This document shows, piece after piece, positions 55,250 through 64,000 of a stretch of DNA of 64,000 bases; position 1 is the first letter of the stretch; each line of letters opens with the position of its first letter. The stretch is from the NCBI RefSeq assembly GCF_009914755.1, contig NC_060926.1; one strand, 5' to 3'. A program made the translations under genes and the position numbers. The notes beneath the pieces are model-generated. The model was given only the letters and a program-made list of their open reading frames with translations, was not told the DNA's origin and did no database searches. The stretch is from the human T2T-CHM13v2.0 reference genome, Homo sapiens.

Positions 55250-57284
55250 CTGTAGAAAATAATTAGAATACCCAGAAAGGTAAAATGACCGTAAATCCTT
55301 TAGATAGCAGCCACATGTGGGCTATTTGGGGGAAACTCATAAAAACAATCTAGCTCTCAAATATAACATTCAAGGAACAGGGGGGAAAATTCCATGAATA
55401 TTTATGTTGTCTTTTCCAAAATAGTAAAAATTTTACTACTTTGAAAACTGGGCACTAAATTATGCATTTTCTGTAACCACTTAGTGCATGCCTAAAATGC
55501 ATTAATAAATAAATTTACCAATGAGAAAAATCTAACCATTTTGTTGCATCTAGCTTTGGTGCCTCAAATATAGTAGGCCTGCAGTAGACTTGTACTTAAT
55601 GAATAGATTGCTTGGTTTAAAATTTTCCAATCATAGGATACTCTATTCCTTCAGGCTTATTGAGAATTTTCTTTTTGTTTTGTATGTTCTAATGAATGTT
55701 CCTCGCTGGCTCCTAATCTGTAGGAGCCTAGTCCCTGGATGTGAGATGGCTTAATCAGTTTATTTTTCAGGAAGAGCATCTTTACCTGAAATTTTTACTG
55801 CTAATTGCTGGATCAAGTAAACTAGTGTTTTCTGAATTGGGAGAAGTCCATATTTTTTAATAGTAGTATCTAAGGACTATGCATTTTAATGAAAACATTA
55901 AGGAACCTCCACTCTCTGAGCCTCCTTAACTCTTAACATTAAGTTTTCAGCCTAAAGGACTGAATGAGTTCTTTTAAATGGATGGATTCCCTGGTGTATT
56001 AGTGCATGGCGTGGGGAGCAACGTACCCAGATTTTAATTCTTAAAATCAGTGACAAGCTAGGCGTGATAGCTTTGTTTTGCAAGGAAGCTTCTAGGAACC
56101 TTTGAACATCTACCTTCTTGGTAACAAAGTTGCATTTCTTTACTCTTCACCCAACAAAGCAGCAGAATTGATCTCGGACAACAGCACAAAGCAAAATTAA
56201 AGAAAACCAAGAAGTTGTAATGCAAAGTGACAAAGGAGCCTAGGCTAGCTTTCTCAACTCTTATTAGAGGACACAAAACTCTAAATGAAATTTGTACCAC
56301 AAGGAAATCTGTACCACAGAGTATAAGCAGAGAGTGAGAAGGGAATGAGATCTAAATAATATGAACAACCTGCAAGAGAAATATCAAGTATCCTAAAGAA
56401 AATCAAATGAGAGTTCAGTCCTCCATTGACCAGGGGAATCCCAAGACCAAGGTCCTCCCCTTTTATTGGCCATAAACTATTTCCCAAACTTCACATAGTC
56501 TTTTGCTAGTAGCCAACACCTGCCTAGAATCTGCGTATGGATGGGAAAAGGGGTGGGTGCAGAGCCAGGGCTTGCTTGACAAAAGGTCAGGAGAAATGTG
56601 CTAACCTGATATTTCAGGTGTGGGGGACACGTGCCCTGCAATAAACTGCACAGGTGCCTGAAATTCCCATGACAGAACAGGCTTAATGTATAATATACCA
56701 TTGTAGGTAGATCGCAGCCTGTACCACTGCATTTACTAGATGGAGAGAGCAAAGAATACAGGAGAAGAAACCTTGAAAGGGAGGGGAGAAGAGACTTCAC
56801 ATGTCTACCCAGGGTCTTTTTGGACACTGGGAATCCTATCATTCATATGATGTGTCATACATACACACACACATGTTTTATATATATACACAAAACCAAA
56901 GTATGTTATACTACTTATATGTTTATATGTATATGCTTTTAGTTAAATTACTTGAGATCATCCCAATAACCTTATTACTACCATCAAAACATTTTACTTT
57001 GGAAACGAATGGCATGATAATTAATTAAGAAGCCAAGTCCATGAGCTTCAAGTCAGTGACAGGTAGGAAAAGAAAGCCAAATCCCTTCTACTCCTTGATT
57101 ATGAGAAAAGTGGTTTCTTATCTACTTTTGCAACCTGTAGTGACCCCATCAAGACTAAGGGAGAATTCACAACATCCCCAAGGCATGGAAGCTCTTGATA
57201 GGAAGCAGAAAGATGAGAGAGCACCAGGGTAGCAATTGAGAGATGGCCAGTCACACAAATGGAAGCTGAGAGTATGGCCACTAC

Positions 57285-57377
57285 CGAGCTAATGTGCTTC
57301 TGCGTCTCCTTCACACGTTTCACTTCAGGCAGGTCAGGGATTGGAGTTCCTTGTCCTATTGCTTCCTTATACTTCAC
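57285..57377 (-). CDS. NEB: Nebulin exon 166: VKYKEAIGQGTPIPDLPEVKRVKETQKHISS
   Basis: 93 nt; ORF 57099..57377. Confidence 0.95.
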
Positions 57378-57972
57378 CTGCAGATTTAAAAATGGGAAAA
57401 GAAAGGTATTATTACATGCTGGACTGTTATTCTTCCCAACATGTACATGTTTTTTGTAGCCCCCAAATTAAAAAAATTAACAGTGTAAATAACGCAGGCT
57501 TTATACTTAGTGTGAATGGGACCTCATTCTGATACTGGGTAAGAGGAGAACAATTCCAAGGACAGGGACGCTTTGTCTCTCTCTCGTCTCTTTGGGGCAG
57601 GGATGGGGGCCCCTATTTAGACTGCAGCCCTTTCCTGTATACTCCAATGTCTTTATGCCCAGCAGGTCGTTTGACTAGGATAAACAGATTCACATACATA
57701 TATCCAGGAAGGTTGGTTCTTTGACTGTACCGGATTCTACCTTCTCACAAGCCTCTCTGTTTTTCAGATCTAATCTCTCCCTCATGAAAACCGCCAAGGC
57801 ACTGCACTGAATATGAGATGACTCTAGCCACTGTGTGGTGGTGGTACACAGGCACCTATTTTAGCAATATAAGCTGTTTCTGGTGACAGAGGCTTTGAGT
57901 GCAACTCATAGGTCATTGTAAATTATCAAAGGGAGGCAGAAAATATTGCAAGTGCATTCACTGTGTCTTTAC

Positions 57973-58065
57973 CGAGCTAATGTGGTCCTGTGTTTGTTTC
58001 ACTCTCATCATCTCAGGTGTCTTTCCGATAGCCGTTCCTGGTGAGACATCCTCTTTATATAAAAC
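57973..58065 (-). CDS. NEB: Nebulin exon 165: VLYKEDVSPGTAIGKTPEMMRVKQTQDHISS
   Basis: 93 nt; ORF 57958..58251. Confidence 0.95.
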
Positions 58066-58715
58066 CTGGGCATTCAGAATCAGGACAGTGTTAACACAGA
58101 AGAAAAGAAAACCCAGCAGTTCCTGGAGAAAGACTAGGACACATGGCTTTTGTGAAAACAAGACACTAGACGATGTTCCCAGGCAAGTGCCAGAGCATCG
58201 CACCTGACATTTCCATGTCAGTATCAGTGACTCAGACCAGTTATACAACATGGATCTTTCCAGATCTTAAGATTTCTTCTAAGATTGTGGTATACCATAC
58301 TAACACAGGATGAGAAGAGCCAGGAAATGTTGATTAACAACAAAACCCTCCCCATATGTAACACAAAATCCATTAAAGAAATGCAAACTCAGTCAGTTAT
58401 TTGGGGGAGGGATAACAAAAGAAATCACAATGTCAAAAAGAAATCCATCTTCTTGGAGCAAGACAACACATGTTACTGCCCTGGGATTAAAAAATTTAAA
58501 AATAAAAGTTACGTTGTTAGCAGATTTAAAGTTATTTCAAATGGTCTCTGGAGATGATTTTGGAGCAAAGTATTGGGGATTTTAGCAAATCACTGCTAGT
58601 ATTACTGAGGAGGTTAGATGTTAATTGTGTGTATCAATATAAGGCTAGTATATTTTTAAAGAGGAGAGTGAAATGACTAGGTTAGCATTAAATGCAAAAT
58701 AAATAGTAAATATAC

Positions 58716-58820
58716 CGAGCTGAAATTCTTCTGATTTTCTTTTACACGCAGTATTTCTGGCGTGTCTTGAACAACTGTAATTTTTCCTTTACTGTTTTTA
58801 AGGTCACACTGGTATTGGAG
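58716..58820 (-). CDS. NEB: Nebulin exon 164: LQYQCDLKNSKGKITVVQDTPEILRVKENQKNFSS
   Basis: cttcatag|CTC...TCG|gtatat; 105 nt, a 35-aa repeat. Confidence 0.94.
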
Positions 58821-59131
58821 CTATGAAGAAAGAGTAAACATCTTGTTAAGATTTCAACATTGCTTTGTTTTCTTTATTTGTCCTATATTATGTGAAGAAA
58901 ATTAAAATCCTGTATCTTTAAAAAAAAGTCTATGCACAATAATTATGGTCTGGTAGCCCAAGGGAAATTATTTGATAAGAATTTTGTGGAGAAACTAATT
59001 TTAAAAAACATATAAAGCTAGGGGTTTGTTTTTGTTTAAGTATCCCTTGCTTAGTAGATTTAACTTTGAAAAAGATAGATGTCTCCACTAATGGAAAGCA
59101 GTGATAGTTCACATTCAGTAAAGGAAGCCAC

Positions 59132-59595
59132 TGACAGGGTTTAGGATACACTACCCCAAAATAATGGCACCTTGGCATTTGAAAAAACAGCAGAAGCAGG
59201 AGGGTTTTTCTGGCCTTCTCTGTTTTTTCCTGAAGCAGATAATAATTATCTGACCTTCATTTAAAGCAGGCAATAAGCCTCTCCTTCCAGAAGGGTCCTC
59301 CCTAGACCCAGAGGAAAGGAGCCAAAGACACAGAGATACTAGGAGAATCTGAACAAACAGCCATCGCTAAATCCCCTGTTTATTACCATTGGATCATACC
59401 CCTCTTTGTCCAATCACACTTCCGCATCTCTATCCATAAAAATACACATATTTCCCTGTTTCTTTGGGTAGTCATTTCTGAAGCTTTTATTAAATAAATT
59501 GTGTGTCTCTCTTGTTAATCTGTCTTTTGTTACAGGGGTTTTCGCCATGAACCTTGCCATGGGTGAGGAAAAGATACTATATTTTCTCCCCAATA
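59132..59595 (+). mobile_element. ERV1 solo LTR (MER34/MER39-like)
   Basis: actaccccaaaataatggcaccttggcatt; aataaattgtgtgtctctcttgttaatctgtcttttgtta. Confidence 0.6.
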
Positions 59596-59811
59596 CCACC
59601 AACGAAGTAACAGATGAGTCTTTCATGCTGTGATTTGGGATTAAGATACAAGGTGAGCCCAGAGATGAATTGGGCACACATTTCCTGGGGCAGGATGGGA
59701 GTTGTGGAGGGCTGCACAACAGCCCCACTGCAAGCCTGGGATATCCAGAGGCATCTTCCTCAGCACCCCTAGGTGCCTGTGGGCTGTGCCTTACATTTAA
59801 TAAAAACTTAC

Positions 59812-59916
59812 AAGGCTGAAGTTCTTTTGGTTCTCCCGGACTCTCTGTATCTCTGGGGTGTCCAAAACAGTCTCATAATACGACATGGACTTCTCAGCAT
59901 CTTCCTTGTACTTTTT
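59812..59916 (-). CDS. NEB: Nebulin exon 163: KKYKEDAEKSMSYYETVLDTPEIQRVRENQKNFSL
   Basis: ttcccag|AAA...CTT|gtaagt; 105 nt. Confidence 0.94.
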
Positions 59917-61338
59917 CTGGGAATAGATTCCAAGAAATAAGGAGGGTAAACACCACAGGGATATAGGCCAATGGGACCTAAAATAGGCTATTTTAGCCCT
60001 TCCAGGCTCAGCAGAGGGAAAGTCCTTTGTATTTTCTTAACTGTCCAAGGATGTTAGGGCATCGCAAGGAAGAACCCTCTCAGTCAAAGAAAGAGCACCA
60101 TACTTTTTCTTTCCAGGAAAGCTAAGCCCAGACATTCAGTAGGACCTATTGTCATGGCAAAGCTGGCAGAGGGGGAACCTTGCTAGCTGGTCCACAGGAG
60201 GAAGGTCACAGCCAGCAAGGCCCAGAGAGGGAGATGGGGATGCCTCCAGTGGCAGTAGTCCTCGCTGGGCTGGATGAAGCTATGTAGCCAGACTGTTCAA
60301 CAGGCAGGCGGAGAGAAGCTGGAGGGTTAAGAGTCAAAGACATGACCTCTAGAAAGCCTTAGCTGGTGACAAGATGTTCACTGAGCCATGAGCAGGTGCG
60401 GTCAGGGCTCCCAGCTATAGGACTGAGCCGGCAGTCAGACAGGCAGGCCCAGAGGCATTTCCAGAATATGGCTCTTGATGCTGCAGAAAGCAGCCTGACA
60501 GGACTGGCAGCTCTACCAAACAGACACACCTGGAGCACTACTAAGGCCAGCTGACTGGCCAAGGACTGCTCTGAACCAGACATCACTATTCCTTGGGCTC
60601 CCCTGTCCTGCCCCAGCCTTTGGCTGGAGAGACGTGTCCATATAGAGGCTGCTCTTCCAGACACCAGTGGGCAGTCAATCTCACCACCAAACTGATGATT
60701 GTTTTTATTCTCTGCAGCAGAACACTTTAGAGCCTTATTTTTCTTTCATCATCGCTTGTCACTGTCCTTTCACTTTTCTCTCTAGCTTAACTTAGCTCCA
60801 GTTTTTCCCACTCTTCAGGGAAGTTTTAGTTTGTAGGGCTGAGGGCTGAGGAATGAGACTAGCCACTGTTATAATGGGGATAAAACTATTCTGTCTGTCT
60901 CTATGTACTTTGTTAATATAGGAATTACATTTATAAGTATTGAAATTTGTAATCTTGCCAGAGACAACAAACAAGCAGTTTCAGCCAATGAGAGATGTAG
61001 GCCTAGATTTTGTTCATCTAAATGGAAGCGAATTAAAGCCAGATTTTTCGGAAGAAACGGTAGTTCACCATGAACAAATGTTTTGTTCATGAAAAAGTCA
61101 CCTGGATGACTCCTTAGCTATGTAGATGTAAGGAAAACAGTTCTCATTGTCCTGGGAAAAGAATAGAAACAATCGTCCTTTTATTTTATTTTTATTGTTT
61201 TTCTTTTATTTTTTCCAAGATTAAGCAAAAGCTACCTCAACTGGTTTGCAGAGCTGGTGCTAATCCCTTAGAGGGATAATCACATTTGCACACAGAACTT
61301 GGATGTATTCTGGGAGAAAGGGACCTGAACTCCCTGGT

Positions 61339-62270
61339 GTTCCCAGACCAAATTGAGGGTTGGACTGCTATTTCTCATGGCCCAATAATGAAATGCAGAT
61401 GAACTGGGGAGGAAGAGAGGTTTTTTTTTTGTTTGTTTGGTTTTTTGTTTTTTGAGGCGGAGTTTCGCAGTGTCTCCAGGCTAGAGTCCAGTGACGTGAT
61501 CTTGGCTCACTGCAACCTCTGACTCCCTGGTTCAAGCAATTCTCCTGCCTCAGGCTTCCGAGTAGCTGGGATTACAGGTGTGCACCACCACAACCAGCTA
61601 ATGATGGGGTTTCACCATGTTGGTCAGGATGGTCTCAATCTCCTGACCTCATGATCCACCCACCTCGGTCTCCCAAAGTCCTGGGATTACAGGCGCGAGC
61701 CACTGCGCCCGACCAAGAGTTTTTATTTCTGTAACTGGTTACCGGGAGAAGGCCTGGAAATTATCACCAGGCCAACTCAAAATTACAAAGTTTTTCAGAG
61801 CTTACCTTTTAAGCTATATGTCTTTGTGTAAGTGTTCATTCATCTAAAGACATAAGTGATTAACTTCTTTTAATTTATAACTAAGGTCTGAGTTCTGAAG
61901 ACCTTCCTCTGGAGCCTCAGTAAATTTACTTAATTTAAATGGGTTCAGGTGCTGGGGTGATTACTCGTATGTTGTCTCCTGCTAAATCAGGGAGGTTTGA
62001 GGAGTTTCTTCAGACCCCCAATAAACTTGTTTGTGGAGGCCTGGGGAGTTTTTTTTAGACCCACAGTAAAACTTGTTTAATTCTACATGGGTCCTGTTAA
62101 GAATTCCTTCATTATTTTGTTATGCTTTAAGGCCCAGGAAAGGCCTAGCCGAAACTTTTGGTGGGCTTTTGTTACATCCCAGCCTTTGTACAGGGACACT
62201 GGCTTTTAATATCTAACTTAACCATTCATTTAGTACTCAAACAGTTGTTAGTGAGACCTGGCCTGCCATA
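61339..62270 (-). mobile_element. ERV1 LTR (MER4-group/MER49-like) interrupted by an Alu
   Basis: tgttcccagaccaaattgagggt... gttagtgagacctggcctgcca; subfamily uncertain. Confidence 0.55.
61420..61714 (-). mobile_element. AluSc-like with an internal deletion
   Basis: Antisense Alu lacking the middle T-rich linker. Confidence 0.85.
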
Positions 62271-62290
62271 CTGGCATTAAGTATTCAGTA

Positions 62291-62632
62291 CAGTAGTCCC
62301 CACTTATCTGAGGTTTCACTTTCCACGGTTTCAGTTAACTGTAGTCAACCTCGGTCAAAAATAAGAGTACATTACAATAAGATATTCTGAGGGAGAGAGA
62401 GAGACCACATTCATGTAACTATATAACTTTTATTACAGTATATTGTTATAATTGTTCTATTTTATTAGTTATTGTTGTTAATCTCTTACTGTGCTAATTT
62501 ACAAATTAAGCTTTGTCATAGGTGTATATGTATAGGAAAAACCAGTATATATAGGGTTAGGTATTGTCTGTAATTTCAGGCATCCACTAGAGGTCTTGGA
62601 ACATATCCCCCTCGGATAAGAGGAGACTACTG
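62291..62632. mobile_element. MER44 (Tigger7) MITE
   Basis: Terminal inverted repeats cagtagtccccacttatc / ggataagaggagactactg, flanked by TA. Confidence 0.8.
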
Positions 62633-63795
62633 TATAGTATCCTAAATTTGTGAGTCAGCTTACATTGCTTGTATTAACCCCCAAGTATGAGGTTTAAGAG
62701 TTATAAATACAGATTCTCCATTGGAAATCGAGAAGCAAGTTTGTGGAAACACAAGCACCATCTCACCAGTATTTACCATTCAACTGTAAATACTGATCTG
62801 AATTGGGGAGGAACTAACTTGCCTGGCTATATTTTAGGCCTTGAGGAACCAGCCAAAGAGAGCCCCAGGAGAGCAGAGCAAGTGACGTGATCCCACACTG
62901 GGATAGGTCCACATGCTGAAGCTTTCGTTAAAGATCAGCAGTGTCAAAAGCAGAAGGTAAAAGGCTGGTGAGGCTCTCACAGCCCAAAGAATATCAGCCT
63001 CCCTGGCTCCCTCAGTGAACACAACATGGTAATTTGGAGCCCATATCATTTTGGTAGTTTTTAAAAAGCTAATTATTCTTCTGCATCCCTACCCTTCAAA
63101 GAAAAGAAACATTTCCACCATTTGAATATACCTGCTTCCTAATCAAACCACTCTCTAGTGATAACTATATTTTTCATGTGTAATTTTACAATATACAACT
63201 ATATGTTTCCAGTAAAGGGTTGAAATCCTTGATTCCCCAACCTGATTGGTCATTAAGAGATCATCTGTGAAAATTAAAAACAAACAAAAATAGATTTCCA
63301 GAGCCTACCACAGATTTACTAGCATCAAAATTCCAGAGTTGGACCAGGGAATCTACATCCCCAGGTGCCTATAAAGCACAGCTAGGGCACGTTAACTATG
63401 GCTTTGGAACTCATTGATCAGAAGACAAGCACAAATTCTAATCTGGCACCACTCAAACAAATTGCAGACTCCTGACCATCACTGACAATCGTTCATACAA
63501 GTGAAGGCCTATCCCAGGGTGTGAAGGATGGCCTACTTTTCTTCATCTCTCTATTTGTAGGAAGATGATGGAGAGTTATTCATCATGAGGGGAGTCAGGG
63601 GTTAGACTGTGTGGTCTCAATCTCAGTCTTGTTTGAGATTGGTAATCCAAATGTGGGCTACTTTGTTTCTTCCAGATCTGCGCACACATTTTTAAAGCCA
63701 CATCATAAGAGATTTTACATGTTAAAATATTGATTCATTAATTACAAGTTGTACCATGTTCTTCAGTACCTTAAAAGAGTTCTTCACTACCTTAA

Positions 63796-64000
<205 letters not shown>

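Overview
Human (or very close primate) genomic DNA with two convergent genes. On the + strand are the 3' 16 exons of RIF1 (exons ~21-36, including a 3237-nt giant exon, the SILK/RVSF PP1-docking motifs and the 78-nt RIF1-L cassette exon), followed by a ~7.1-kb 3'UTR ending near 33960. On the - strand are the last 21 exons of nebulin (NEB exons ~163-183: simple repeats, a run of thirteen 93-nt Z-disc repeat exons, the Ser-rich region and the SH3 domain), ending near 37125. All exons were reconstructed by GT-AG boundaries and frame continuity; exon numbers come from counting back from the last exon. The rest is Alu, L1, DNA-transposon and LTR sequence, with approximate boundaries. No new gene system is evident. 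The most notable non-standard signals are: (1) a decayed extra Z-repeat pseudo-exon in NEB with a perfect 16-bp inverted repeat spanning its acceptor; (2) ready-made 3' splice sites on the antisense strand of the Z-repeat exons, and a chain of + strand exons that could carry RIF1 read-through RNA through NEB; (3) a young ~670-bp exon+intron triplication; (4) a tail-less, doubly truncated L1 with an 11-bp target-site duplication; (5) an in-frame alternative acceptor that is usable only when the RIF1-L exon is skipped.
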